A program made the translations under genes and the position numbers. From Vicinamibacterales bacterium (lineage in GTDB: Bacteria; Acidobacteriota; Vicinamibacteria; Vicinamibacterales; 2-12-FULL-66-21), in the NCBI GenBank assembly GCA_049642465.1, contig JBAROV010000050.1:6857-70856 (forward strand): a stretch of 64,000 nucleotides of DNA. The letters are read 5' to 3'. Shown here one piece after another: positions 17,871-27,457 of the stretch. Position 1 is the first letter of the stretch. Each line of letters opens with the position of its first letter. The notes beneath the pieces are model-generated. The model saw nothing but the letters and a program-made list of their open reading frames with translations. It was not told the origin of the DNA and did no database searches.

Positions 17871-19466
17871 CTAGCGCGGCACCTTGGTGGCCGGTCCATG
17901 CAGCACGCGCCCCGGCCGCGCGTCCGTCATGCTCCCGTTCTCCAACACGACCTCGCCGTTCACCAGCACGATGCGCACACCTTCGGCATAACTGTGCGGC
18001 TTCTCAAAGGTCGCCGTGTCGCGCACGACCGCTGGATCGAACACAACGATATCGGCCTTGAGGCCCTGGCGCAGGACGCCGCGATCGGTGAGGCCGAGAC
18101 GCTGCGCGGGGAAGCTCGACATCTTCTGCACGGCCGATTCCAGTGACAAGAGTTTCTTCTCGCGGACGTATACACCAAGCACGCGCGCAAACGTGCCGTA
18201 GCTGCGTGGGTGGGGATGGTTTTGGCCAAAGCTCGGGATTTCACCGTCCGATCCGATCATCGTCGCGGGGTGCACCAGGATGCGCTGCAGATCCTCTTCA
18301 CCAATCGCGTGAAAGATGCCTTGGGCGCCACCGCGTTCGACGATCCAGAGCGCCGTATCCGCCGCGTGCGCGACCGTCACCGGGAGCCCGCGATGCGCGG
18401 TAATGGCGGCGAGATCCATGCCAGCCAGAGACGGATCCCATTCGCAGCGTGCGACGACGACATTCTTTGGATCGCCGCCACCACGCTCGTCCAGGATGAG
18501 TGCCGTGGTGGCGGCCTCGATCTTTTCGCGGGTCGACGGATCCTTCAGGCGTTTCAATGTGGCATCCCGTCCGCCTTCCTGAGCCCACGCCGGCAGTAGC
18601 GCGGCGGCGATACTGGTGCTTGACGCGGTGTACGGATACATATCGATCGTTGCGTCGACGCCGCGCGCTCGGGCCTCGTCCACAAGCCGCAGTGTTTCCA
18701 CGGAGCTGCCCCAGTACTTCTTCCCGATCACTTTGTGATGCGTCAGCTGGGTCGGCAGCCCGCCGCGCTCGCCGATCGCGATCGTCTCGCGAACGCTGTC
18801 GAGGAGGCCCTTCGCTTCGTCGCGCATGTGCGAGATGTAGATTCCGCCCATGTCTCCAGCTACCCTCGCGAGCTCGACCAGTTCGTCGGTCGCCGTGAAG
18901 TTGCCGGGCACGTAGAACAGCCCCGAACTCAGGCCGAATGCTCCATCCTCCATCCCTTGGCGCACGAGCGCGCGCATGCGATCCAGTTCGTCCGGCGTGG
19001 GCGGTCGATTCACCGTGCCGATCACGTCGCTGCGGATCGACCCCTGGCCGATGAAGCTGAGGAAATTTGGTGTGATCCGCGTGGCGGCCACTTTCACGAG
19101 AAACGGCCGCAACGGGATCGGAGAACTGCCATCAGGCCCTTCGACGAGTGTCGTCACCCCCTGGCGGACGTAATTCTCCGCCGTCGGCACGGCGAAGATG
19201 CCGCGACGCGCATGCGTGTGGATATCGATGAATCCAGGAGCCACGACGAGTCCCTTCAAATCAATCATCCGGGCGGCGGGCGCAGGGATTGAGGGCGCGA
19301 TCTGGACGATCGTGTCACCCGCGATCGCAATGTCGCCGCGGTACCACGGGCTGTTGGTGCCGTCAACGATGCGGCCACCGCTGAGCACGATGTCGTAGGC
19401 GGGCGCCTGCGGACCCGGCCATGCAGCCGGAGCGATCAGGAGCAGGAGGATGAACAGCCGTCGCAT
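17871..19466 (-). CDS. N-acyl-D-amino-acid deacylase (D-aminoacylase)-family amidohydrolase, secreted
   Basis: Signal MRRLFILLLLIAPAAWPG. Also DIVLSGGRIVDGT...GDIAIAGDTIVQI, GFIDIHTHA and YISHMRDE. Confidence 0.85.
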   Translation of the reverse strand: MRRLFILLLLIAPAAWPGPQAPAYDIVLSGGRIVDGTNSPWYRGDIAIAGDTIVQIAPSIPAPAARMIDLKGLVVAPGFIDIHTHARRGIFAVPTAENYVRQGVTTLVEGPDGSSPIPLRPFLVKVAATRITPNFLSFIGQGSIRSDVIGTVNRPPTPDELDRMRALVRQGMEDGAFGLSSGLFYVPGNFTATDELVELARVAGDMGGIYISHMRDEAKGLLDSVRETIAIGERGGLPTQLTHHKVIGKKYWGSSVETLRLVDEARARGVDATIDMYPYTASSTSIAAALLPAWAQEGGRDATLKRLKDPSTREKIEAATTALILDERGGGDPKNVVVARCEWDPSLAGMDLAAITAHRGLPVTVAHAADTALWIVERGGAQGIFHAIGEEDLQRILVHPATMIGSDGEIPSFGQNHPHPRSYGTFARVLGVYVREKKLLSLESAVQKMSSFPAQRLGLTDRGVLRQGLKADIVVFDPAVVRDTATFEKPHSYAEGVRIVLVNGEVVLENGSMTDARPGRVLHGPATKVPR

Positions 19467-19598
19467 GGCGCGGACTATACGCTACGGAGGCCCTGTTGGG
19501 GTGCTCTACAGGTGAACAATGATTCGAGGGAATGCGCCATGCATCCTCGCGCCGTGCCCGGGTTTTCGGATATTCGCCACGCGAGGGAGGTGCCGAAA

Positions 19599-20306
19599 AT
19601 GCGCAAAGGATTTCTGGTTTTGTTCTTGCTGACCTTCGGTGTGTTAGCCCGTCCGGCTTCTGCTGAGCCGCTTCAGATCACGAGTGGCGTGTTTCTCCTC
19701 GACATCGAAGGGGACCTGTTCACATTGAGCGGACCCGGTTTCAGCCTCACGACGATCGCACCTGACGGACGCTCACCCATTCAGCCTGGTGCGCTCGGGA
19801 TCTATTCGACGAAGCTGTTTCCAGGGCGATGCGAGCCGTCGGTCGAGCAGTTCGGGTTCTGCCCAGAAGCCGAAGGCTCCCTCGTCGACTGGAGCTTCCA
19901 GACCACCGGCGGTGAACAGCTCCTCGGAAGGGGAAACGTCGTGCTTGACGGCTCGAGTGCCACGAACGTGGACTTCGTCGGATCGATGCAATTCAACGTC
20001 GTCCCGACACGGCTCTCAACGGGTGGCATCCTGGATTTCGACTTCATGGCGCCATTCTCGTTCGAGGCGACGATTCGCGGGCTTCAGAACGGACAGGAGC
20101 TCTTTGCGCGGCAGTTCATCGGCAGTGGCCAGGTGAGCGTCAACTACGAGGGGACCCAGACGCCTGGCGTTCTGGCCGCTGCGGACGAGACGATCGAGTA
20201 CCAGTTCGCGGCCGCCCCTGCGCCAATTCCGGAACCAGGGACGATGGTGCTGCTGGGTTCAGGGCTGACGGCCGCACTGCTGCGAAAACGACAGCGCGCG
20301 AGATAG
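19599..20306 (+). CDS. PEP-CTERM sorting-domain protein
   Basis: ATG 19599 follows GGGAGG. Signal MRKGFLVLFLLTFGVLARPASA and C-terminal IPEPGTMVLLGSGLTAALLRKRQRAR. Confidence 0.75.
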   Translation: MRKGFLVLFLLTFGVLARPASAEPLQITSGVFLLDIEGDLFTLSGPGFSLTTIAPDGRSPIQPGALGIYSTKLFPGRCEPSVEQFGFCPEAEGSLVDWSFQTTGGEQLLGRGNVVLDGSSATNVDFVGSMQFNVVPTRLSTGGILDFDFMAPFSFEATIRGLQNGQELFARQFIGSGQVSVNYEGTQTPGVLAAADETIEYQFAAAPAPIPEPGTMVLLGSGLTAALLRKRQRAR

Positions 20307-20366
20307 CGAGAAACGGTCACCAATTCGACAATCGGCTCGAGGATCGATCGTGCCAGAATTTGCCTT

Positions 20367-21344
20367 CTGACACAGATCAGCGCGAAGGACCGGATTCTCG
20401 GCTGCCTCAAGGGCCTTGCAACCGGGGACGCGATCGGCAAGCAGACGGAGACGCTGTCGCACGACAGCGTCCTCCGTTGGTATCCCGAAGGCGTCCGCGG
20501 CTTCGAAGGACTGCCTGGAACCGTCATTCCGCGATACGCCGGAAACGCCAAGCGAGAGTGGTTGATTGGCGAAACCACCGACGACACCGAGCGAACGACA
20601 GCCGTGGCCAGGGCGATTCTTTGCGATCGGGCGGTCAGACACGTGACGGTCGGGCAGGAGTTGCTCACTTGCACGAAATGCGTGCATCCGGGCCTGAAGT
20701 CGTTGTGGGAATTCCATCAGGCCGCGGATCCCGCACGCGTGGCGGATCGCCACGACGGGTGCGGCGCCGCGGTTCGCGTTGCCCCGGTCGGCATCCTCTT
20801 TAGGTCGACGCACTTCGAGGAAATCGTAGCCGGAGCGCGGGAAGCCTCCATCTCCACGCACGGCGGTCCGCTGGCGCTCGCGGCCGCCGCCGCAACCGCT
20901 GCTGCAGTGTCAGCGGCTATCGACGAAGCCGGGTCGGACGAGGCGCTCGAACTCGCGCAGCGTGCCGCGGATCGGGCGGAGTCTGACCGAACGGGTTCAT
21001 CAGCAACCGTCTTCGCGACGGCGATCCGAACGATCTCCAGCGACTTGAGCCGATGGCCGCGGCTCGATCCTGCGGCGGTGGCGGCGACGTACTTTCCAGA
21101 CAATCCTCTGACGATCGTGCCGCTTGCCCTTGCGTTGGCAACCGTCACGCACTCGGCTGAGGCAGCGATTCTCCTGGCAACGAACATCGGCGGAGACAGC
21201 GACTCGGTTGCGTCGATCGCGGGCGCGATCCTCGGTGCGCGTTATCCAGAGACCGTGAACGAAGACTGGTACCGAATTGTGGAGACGGTCAACGGCCACA
21301 ATCTCGTCGCGGTTGGGGAGGCCTTGAGCGATCTCCGCGGCTGA
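20367..21344 (+). CDS. ADP-ribosylglycohydrolase-family protein (start codon unresolved)
   Basis: DRILGCLKGLATGDAIG, GETTDDTERT and GGDSDSVASIAGAILGA. Family similarity begins near 20376, but there is no in-frame ATG/GTG/TTG between the stop at 20304 and TTG 20562. Confidence 0.7.
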   Translation: MTQISAKDRILGCLKGLATGDAIGKQTETLSHDSVLRWYPEGVRGFEGLPGTVIPRYAGNAKREWLIGETTDDTERTTAVARAILCDRAVRHVTVGQELLTCTKCVHPGLKSLWEFHQAADPARVADRHDGCGAAVRVAPVGILFRSTHFEEIVAGAREASISTHGGPLALAAAAATAAAVSAAIDEAGSDEALELAQRAADRAESDRTGSSATVFATAIRTISSDLSRWPRLDPAAVAATYFPDNPLTIVPLALALATVTHSAEAAILLATNIGGDSDSVASIAGAILGARYPETVNEDWYRIVETVNGHNLVAVGEALSDLRG

Positions 21345-21380
21345 TGACGGTCCCCCGCGAGCGAGCGTGTAGGGGAGTTC

Positions 21381-21399
21381 GAGGGGCCGAAGCCCCCTC
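21381..21399. terminator. GC-rich stem-loop between ADP-ribosylglycohydrolase gene and tRNA-Arg
   Basis: GAGGGGC-CGAA-GCCCCCTC, followed by ACCAAAAG on plus and preceded by CTTTTGGT as read on minus. Could terminate either strand. Confidence 0.4.
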
Positions 21400-21413
21400 G
21401 ACCAAAAGAGAAG

Positions 21414-21487
21414 CGCGCCCGACAGGGCTCGAACCTGTAACCTTCGGCTCCGGAGGCCGACGCTCTATCCAGTTGAGCTACGGGCGC
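21414..21487 (-). tRNA. tRNA-Arg (anticodon CCG)
   Basis: Minus strand GCGCCCGTAGCTCAACTGGATAGAGCGTCGGCCTCCGGAGCCGAAGGTTACAGGTTCGAGCCCTGTCGGGCGCG folds as a cloverleaf. Anticodon loop is CTCCGGA. Confidence 0.9.
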
Positions 21488-21569
21488 AAAATCGTCAAGT
21501 CGCTATTCGCTAGTCCTTTTCGCGTGGCCTGCCCACCCGTAGCTCCCGCTGTCCCGCGTGAGCGAAGGG

Positions 21570-21646
<77 letters not shown>

Positions 21647-21671
21647 AGCCTGTCGAAACTCCGATCATACT

Positions 21672-22082
21672 TCAGCTCCCGGATTCGTTGTGGACTGGCA
21701 GACTCTCATCATCCTCGGAGGGCAGCGGGTTCCTGGCGAAGCACAAGTCGTCGACGATCCGGCCGTTGATGAGGTGTTCCTGAATGATGCGCTCCGCGTT
21801 TTCAGGCGTCACATTCCGATACCACGTGCCTTCGGGGTAAACGACACAAATCGGTCCCTGGGTGCAGATGCGAAGGCAGAGACACTTGGTGCGGTAGCAC
21901 GGGCCGTCAGGACCTGAGATGTTCAACGCCTTCATCCGCGCTTTTACATAATTCCAGATCTCTTCACCAGTGGCTGGATCGGTGCAGTCGGGACCAATGC
22001 AGATGAACAGGTGCCGTCGCAGCCGGCCGACGCCGAAGCTGGCGGCGGCTTGTTCGGGCGTCAAGTCTTTTCGCTTGGCCAT
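21672..22082 (-). CDS. thioredoxin-like (2Fe-2S) ferredoxin-domain protein
   Basis: [10 protein letters not shown]...[27 protein letters not shown]. Confidence 0.7.
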   Translation of the reverse strand: MAKRKDLTPEQAAASFGVGRLRRHLFICIGPDCTDPATGEEIWNYVKARMKALNISGPDGPCYRTKCLCLRICTQGPICVVYPEGTWYRNVTPENAERIIQEHLINGRIVDDLCFARNPLPSEDDESLPVHNESGS

Positions 22083-22213
22083 CGATCGTTCCGGCTCGAC
22101 AGTTCACGCGGCCCCGCGCGCCTCGCGGTCGCTCGTGTCGAGTCGCCTTGATGATAGCCCACGTGTTCGTGGCACCTGCTTTGCTCGGCTTGGGTCACGC
22201 GAAAGGAGAGTGC

Positions 22214-22429
22214 ATGGCGAACCAACGCGACCGCGACACGAACGATCTCATCAGGGACAGCGACGAGTTCGGTGGCAGCAGCGCCGATCGGACGCCGGGG
22301 GCGCCATCCGGCGAGCGGGTGGGTGGACGCTCGGAAGAGAACATGCGCGGAACGGGAGACGACAGCGACGAGGACGAATTCGAAGATAGCGACGACGTGG
22401 AAGACGAAGACGAGGAAGGGACTATCTGA
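22214..22429 (+). CDS. small highly acidic protein, unknown function
   Basis: ATG 22214 follows AAAGGAGAG. C-terminal run DDSDEDEFEDSDDVEDEDEE. Confidence 0.4.
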   Translation: MANQRDRDTNDLIRDSDEFGGSSADRTPGAPSGERVGGRSEENMRGTGDDSDEDEFEDSDDVEDEDEEGTI

Positions 22430-22431
22430 AA

Positions 22432-22502
22432 GGGAAAAGGGAGAAGGGAGAAGGGAGAAGGGAAAAGGGAAAAGCGTTTTCCCTTCTCCCTTTTCCCTTT
22501 TC
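22432..22502. repeat. purine heptad array (GGGARAA x6) plus partial complement: long imperfect hairpin, also a G-quadruplex motif
   Basis: GGGAAAA GGGAGAA GGGAGAA GGGAGAA GGGAAAA GGGAAAA GCG TTTTCCC TTCTCCC TTTTCCC TTTTC. It fills the whole gap between two convergent stop codons. Confidence 0.85.
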
Positions 22503-24553
22503 TAGACCTGTCGAGCGTACTTTCTGAACACGGCCTCGAGATTCGCGGCTTTTGCCGTCCGCAGACGTTGCCACAGATCCCCCACCTGCTCGAATCGGGC
22601 CGGTGCCGTTACGACCGTGTAGTCACGCGGATCGATCGGCGCGTCGAGTTCCTCCCACGTGAGTGGCGTTGACACGCCGGCGAACTCGCTTGCCCTGGCG
22701 CTGTAGGCCGTGGCGAGTGTCTTTCCCAGGATGTTCTGGAGAAAATCGATGTAGACCGTCCCTCGGGGTCGCGCGCGCACGGCGCGTTCCACAGTCGCGA
22801 CTTTCGGATGCCGCGACGCAATCACGGTAGCCACGATCTGACAGAACAGCATGCCGGACTCGTACGACGTGCCCGGCGGCAGCGGGATGTACACATGCAG
22901 TCCGCTCGACCCCGAAGTCTTCGGTACGCCCGACACCTTGAGGGACGCAAGCTCGTCGCGCACCCACCGCGCCACGTCCAGCACCCGCGAGAATGGCGTG
23001 TTGTCACCGGGATCCAGATCGAGCGCGACGTAGTCCGCGTCGAGCGGCGATTGGACGCGCGAGAACCAGGGGTCCTGCGAGATCGCCGCAATCTGCGTCA
23101 TGTAGAGGAGCGTGATCAGCGAGCCGCCGACGAACCGCCGGGCACCAGGTTCGGAAATCGGGTCCAGTTCATCAGGCAGCGTTTCGATGCGGACGCTCGG
23201 CGGAGGTTTTTCCTGACGCGAACGCTGCTGATAGAACGCCGGACCGTCAACGCCGTTCGGAAACCGCTTCATGACGAGCGGTCGATCAGCAACGGCGGGA
23301 AGAATGTACGGTGAGACACGAGCGTAGTACCGAAGCAGATCGCCTTTGGTCAATTTCAGCTTCGGCCAGAAAATCTTTGAGAGATTCGTGACCCCGAGTC
23401 TCGAGCCATCGGGCAATTCGATCGTGCCATCGCGCCGAGCGTCCTCGAGCCCACGTAACTGATCCACGACCGGCTGGAGGGAGGCGTCGGGGGGCTTCTC
23501 TTTCCCGCGCTTCCTTTTCACGGGCACTTCTTTTGTCAGGGCTCGCGGGGCCCCAGCAGGGGCTTCTTTTATTACTTCGGCGGCTTTCTTGTCGTCGCGC
23601 AGGCCGAGATAAACGGGGTGGCGCAGCTTGTTGTCGTCGGTCCACTCGGTGAAGCGGACTTGCGCCACCAGATCCGGACGTACCCAATGGGCCGGCTCGT
23701 TCGTCTTGATCCGCTCGCGGAACGGCGAGGTCTTCGTCTCGCGTGCCTCGAGCAGCTTCGACACGCGTGCGAGTTCCGCCTGATCGAACCCCGTGCCCGT
23801 GTGACCGACATACGTCAGCGGCGCGTGCGGATCCTTTCCGTCGTGAACGCCGAGGAGCAGTGCGCCGAAGTACTGCCGTGTCTGACGAGGCTCGGTCCAG
23901 CCGCCGACGACGAATTCCTGTTGCTGGACGATCTTGAGTTTGCGCCAGGCAGGGGTTCGGCGTCCTGAGTGATACGGCGAACGGGCATCCTTGGCAATCA
24001 GACCCTCCCAACCCTCCTTTCGTGCACGTGAAAGGAGCGCACGGGCGTCGCCCGCCACCTGCTCGCTCAATCGAAGCGCTTGCGACAGCGCCGGGCGGAC
24101 GCGCGCTTCGAGACGCTGCCGACGTTCGGTCAGCGCGAGGCCGCGGACGTCTTCTGCGCCATCTCGAAGGAGGTCGAAGAGGATGAGCGCCGTCGGCTGA
24201 CTCGCGTCGAGCCGCTCGACGTCGCGCGATCCCTTCAGGTGAATGCGTCCTTGCAGCCGCTGAAATCCAGCCGGCCGGCCCTCTTTGTCGAGCGCGACGA
24301 TCTCGCCATCAAGCAGCAGCGGCCCTTTGACAGAGGCTGCCAGCGGGGTGAGGGCTTTGACAATCGAAGGAAACTGGCTGGTCTTGTCGTTGCCGAGGCG
24401 GGACCAGATCTGAATACGCCCGGGTTCCACATGAACGAGCGCCCGGATGCCATCATATTTGGGTTCGTAGACAAGGCCTGGTTGGGTCAGTGGGGGCTCG
24501 GACAGCGTGGCCAGCATGGGCCGGACGTTTGCGGGGTTCTCGCGCCACTGCAT
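22502..24553 (-). CDS. ligD: ATP-dependent DNA ligase LigD (ligase domain + polymerase/primase domain)
   Basis: Adenylation motif EPKYDGIRAL. C-terminal half carries VPKTSGSSGLHVYIPL, as in the LigD polymerase domain. No phosphoesterase module recognised. Confidence 0.9.
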   Translation of the reverse strand: MQWRENPANVRPMLATLSEPPLTQPGLVYEPKYDGIRALVHVEPGRIQIWSRLGNDKTSQFPSIVKALTPLAASVKGPLLLDGEIVALDKEGRPAGFQRLQGRIHLKGSRDVERLDASQPTALILFDLLRDGAEDVRGLALTERRQRLEARVRPALSQALRLSEQVAGDARALLSRARKEGWEGLIAKDARSPYHSGRRTPAWRKLKIVQQQEFVVGGWTEPRQTRQYFGALLLGVHDGKDPHAPLTYVGHTGTGFDQAELARVSKLLEARETKTSPFRERIKTNEPAHWVRPDLVAQVRFTEWTDDNKLRHPVYLGLRDDKKAAEVIKEAPAGAPRALTKEVPVKRKRGKEKPPDASLQPVVDQLRGLEDARRDGTIELPDGSRLGVTNLSKIFWPKLKLTKGDLLRYYARVSPYILPAVADRPLVMKRFPNGVDGPAFYQQRSRQEKPPPSVRIETLPDELDPISEPGARRFVGGSLITLLYMTQIAAISQDPWFSRVQSPLDADYVALDLDPGDNTPFSRVLDVARWVRDELASLKVSGVPKTSGSSGLHVYIPLPPGTSYESGMLFCQIVATVIASRHPKVATVERAVRARPRGTVYIDFLQNILGKTLATAYSARASEFAGVSTPLTWEELDAPIDPRDYTVVTAPARFEQVGDLWQRLRTAKAANLEAVFRKYARQV

Positions 24554-24571
24554 TCGGCGATCTTACGTGAC

Positions 24572-24599
24572 GGGGCTCGGGGCTCGGGACTCGGGGCGC
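24572..24599. repeat. G-rich heptad array in the ligD-ku divergent intergenic region
   Basis: GGGGCTC GGGGCTC GGGACTC GGGGCGC. Confidence 0.85.
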
Positions 24600-24674
24600 G
24601 CAATTGTGTGCAGCCTCTAAAAGTGTGCGGAAGAGGCACGAAAAGCCGATAATCTGGGCTGCGAAGGAGAGAGT

Positions 24675-25535
24675 ATGGCCGCGCGTCCGACTTGGAAAGG
24701 CTTTCTCAAAATCAGCTTGGTCAATATCCCGGTTCGGGTGTTTCCGGCGACGGACTCGGCCGCGACCATCAGCTTCAACCAGCTGCACGCCGAATGTCAG
24801 ACCCGTATTCAACAGAAGCGCTGGTGCCCGCACTGCGAGCGCGAAGTGCCGATGTCGGAAATCGCCAAGGGCTACGAATTCGAGAAGGGGCGATACGTGG
24901 TGATGTCGGAAGATGACATCTCGAAAGTGCGACCGGAGTCGACGCGGGTGATCGATCTGGTGCAGTTCACGGACGCCGCCGCGATCGATCCGATCTACGT
25001 CGAGCGTCCGTATTACCTCGCCCCGGACGGGGCGATGGCGCAGGAAGCCTTCGCCGTCATGCGCGAGGGGATGAAGGGGAAAGCGGGCATCGGCAAACTG
25101 GCCCTCTACGGTCGCGAGTACCTGGTCGCGGTTCAGCCAAAGGACAAGGGGCTCGTCATGTACACCATGCGGCACGCCAAAGAAGTACGCAGCATGGAAC
25201 ACATCGAAGAGCTCGACAGTGTGCCATCAAAGGTGAAGCCCGACGAAATCAAGCTCGCCAAGCAGGTGATTGAAAACTTCGAAGGCGAGCTGGATCTTCG
25301 AGAGTACCGCGACGAGTATCAGGAGGAACTGCAGCGCATCATCGACGCGAAGATCGCGGGCGAGGAGGTTGTCGCGACGGTCGAGGAGACACCACCCAAA
25401 GTGGTCAACCTGATGGATGCGCTGCGCCAGAGCCTCGATCGCGTCAGCACCGGCAAGAAGAAGTCAGCCAAAGCTGACATGGAGAAGCCCGTGAAGGCGG
25501 CGCGAGTGCCGGCCAAGAAACGCGCGGCGCGCTAG
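24675..25535 (+). CDS. ku: Ku (NHEJ DNA end-binding protein)
   Basis: MAARPTWKGFLKISLVNIPVRVFPAT, YYLAPD, and a basic C-terminal tail. Confidence 0.9.
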   Translation: MAARPTWKGFLKISLVNIPVRVFPATDSAATISFNQLHAECQTRIQQKRWCPHCEREVPMSEIAKGYEFEKGRYVVMSEDDISKVRPESTRVIDLVQFTDAAAIDPIYVERPYYLAPDGAMAQEAFAVMREGMKGKAGIGKLALYGREYLVAVQPKDKGLVMYTMRHAKEVRSMEHIEELDSVPSKVKPDEIKLAKQVIENFEGELDLREYRDEYQEELQRIIDAKIAGEEVVATVEETPPKVVNLMDALRQSLDRVSTGKKKSAKADMEKPVKAARVPAKKRAAR

Positions 25536-25846
25536 CGGGAGAGCAGCTCGAATATCTGCGCGCGCACCCACTGCGGCGTCGATCCCTGACCGCAGCGGAT
25601 ACTCAGCGACTTATTGTCGAATTCAATCCGCCACACGCCTGGTTGCGACGGAGCCTGGACCACCGTGAGTGTCGACGCACTCACACCCAGCTCCTTGAGC
25701 GCCTTGCGCGCGATGCGTTCCACGTCCTGTTGTTCCAAGTGTTCCTCGACTGGGGACGACTGCATTCTCCGCGACGTGACCAGTCGCGTCAAGCGTTCTC
25801 GCGCCCGCTCGAATTCCTCCCGGACACAGTTTGGTGTTGTTGACAC
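25532..25846 (-). CDS. hypothetical protein
   Basis: 104-aa ORF with coding-like composition. No motif recognised. Confidence 0.35.
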   Translation of the reverse strand: MSTTPNCVREEFERARERLTRLVTSRRMQSSPVEEHLEQQDVERIARKALKELGVSASTLTVVQAPSQPGVWRIEFDNKSLSIRCGQGSTPQWVRAQIFELLSR

Positions 25847-25899
25847 AGTTTGGTTGACAAGCGTTTTGGGCGCCGATACGCTCGCCCGTCACAACCATA

Positions 25900-26661
25900 A
25901 TGCGACATGCCTTGGAGTTTCCGCCGGCGCGGCTCCTCAGACTCTCCCAGCTGGAGCGTTGGCATTTCTGGTTCGTCGCCCGCCGAAAACTCCTCGATCG
26001 CTTGCTGAGCACGGCGTGCCCCTCGGGGTTCGCCCGGGCGCTCGATGTGGGTTGTGGGACCGGAGCCAACGTTGCCGTCATTCGCTCGCACGCTCGTCGT
26101 GTCGCCTGTATCGATTTCCGACCGGAGGGACTCGTTCAGGCCGCGGAGCAACCCCGCCGAGACGTCCATTTCGTCCGCGGCGTCGCCACTCTGCTCCCAT
26201 TTTTGAGCGGCGGATTCGACCTCGTGACGGTACTCGACGTCCTCGAGCACGTGGACGACGAGGCCGCGCTCGCCGAGATCCGGCGCGTGCTTCGTCCGGG
26301 CGGAGCCCTGGTGATCAGCGTCCCGGCAATGCCGTGGTTGTGGAGTTACCGCGACCGTGATGCGGGCCACCGTCGCCGCTATCAGCGGCACCGCCTGCTG
26401 GAGTTGATTCGGGAGTCGCAGTTCGATTTGCATTGGGTGAACTACTTTCAATGCCTGCTTTTTCCATTGGTCCTGGCGCGCGCGGTCGGCCGGAACACCC
26501 CGGGCGTCAGGGATCTCGAAGAGACGCCGGCCCCTCTGCTGAACGCCGTGCTGGGCTGGATTAGCCGCGCGGAAGTGCACCTCAGTCGATTCGTGTCGTG
26601 GCCGTTCGGATCATCGTTGGTCGCCGTGTGTCGGAAGCCGGACCATGAAGTCTCTCTTTGA
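25900..26661 (+). CDS. class I SAM-dependent methyltransferase
   Basis: LDVGCGTGAN and RPGGALVISVP. Confidence 0.8.
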   Translation: MRHALEFPPARLLRLSQLERWHFWFVARRKLLDRLLSTACPSGFARALDVGCGTGANVAVIRSHARRVACIDFRPEGLVQAAEQPRRDVHFVRGVATLLPFLSGGFDLVTVLDVLEHVDDEAALAEIRRVLRPGGALVISVPAMPWLWSYRDRDAGHRRRYQRHRLLELIRESQFDLHWVNYFQCLLFPLVLARAVGRNTPGVRDLEETPAPLLNAVLGWISRAEVHLSRFVSWPFGSSLVAVCRKPDHEVSL

Positions 26662-27457
26662 TCTGTTCCTGTTTTCGACGAACCCACGCGAGATTCGAGA
26701 AGCAGTGGCGGCCGGCGTCGAAGGTGTGGTCGTCGACTGGGAGCAGCTTGGGAAGGCGGATCGCCAGCATCACGCGGATACGGAAATCAATAGACACACT
26801 GTGGAGGATTTGCGCATCGCGCGTGCAAGCACGCGGGCAACCGTCGTGTGTCGGATCAACCCGGTCGGCGTGACGACCAAACGAGAGATTGAGGACGCAA
26901 TCGCGGCGGGCGCCGATGAAATCCTGCTGCCGATGGTGCGGTCGGTCAAGGAAGTCAGCGCGGCGGTTGGAATGGCGCGGGAGCGCTGTGGCGTCGGGAT
27001 TCTGGTGGAGACGGTCGAGGCGGTCGAGTCCGCCGGCGAGCTGGCCCGCCTGCCTCTTTCGCGGGTCTACGTCGGGTTGAACGATTTGATGATCGATCGC
27101 GGGCACACCAACATCTTTACCGCAGTACTCGACGGTACGATCGAGCGCATCCGCTCGAACTTCGCTGTGCCGTTCGGCTTCGGGGGCCTGACGTTGGTCG
27201 AGCGCGGATTTCCTGTACCTTGCCGCCTGTTGATCGCTGAAATGGCTCGACTCGACTGCAGGTTCAGCTTTCTCCGCCGGTCGTTCCACCGCGACATGGC
27301 CGGTCATCGGCCGAGCGACGAGATCCCTCGCATCCTGGAAGCCATCACCATCGCCACGCGCCGACGATCGGATGACGTCGTTCGCGATCGATTCGAACTC
27401 ACTGACACGATCAACCGCATGCTGTTCGAGCGTCCGGCGCGTTTGGAGATCGCGTGA
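26645..27457 (+). CDS. HpcH/HpaI aldolase / citrate-lyase-beta-like family protein
   Basis: VCRINPV...AGADEILLPMVRSVKEV...ILVETVEAVESAGELA...VYVGLNDL matches the family's R/E/D motif order. Confidence 0.6.
   Translation: MKSLFDLFLFSTNPREIREAVAAGVEGVVVDWEQLGKADRQHHADTEINRHTVEDLRIARASTRATVVCRINPVGVTTKREIEDAIAAGADEILLPMVRSVKEVSAAVGMARERCGVGILVETVEAVESAGELARLPLSRVYVGLNDLMIDRGHTNIFTAVLDGTIERIRSNFAVPFGFGGLTLVERGFPVPCRLLIAEMARLDCRFSFLRRSFHRDMAGHRPSDEIPRILEAITIATRRRSDDVVRDRFELTDTINRMLFERPARLEIA

Noticed and set aside
22272-22505. ORF translating the heptad array (…EREKGEGRREKGKGKSVFPSPFSLF).
   Set aside because: It is a low-complexity translation of a palindromic intergenic repeat, better explained as RNA/DNA structure.
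22502-25535. Ku-LigD pair as something unusual.
   Set aside because: This is a standard bacterial NHEJ locus. The ligase-polymerase domain order without a phosphoesterase module occurs in other bacteria. Only the flanking heptad repeats are reported.
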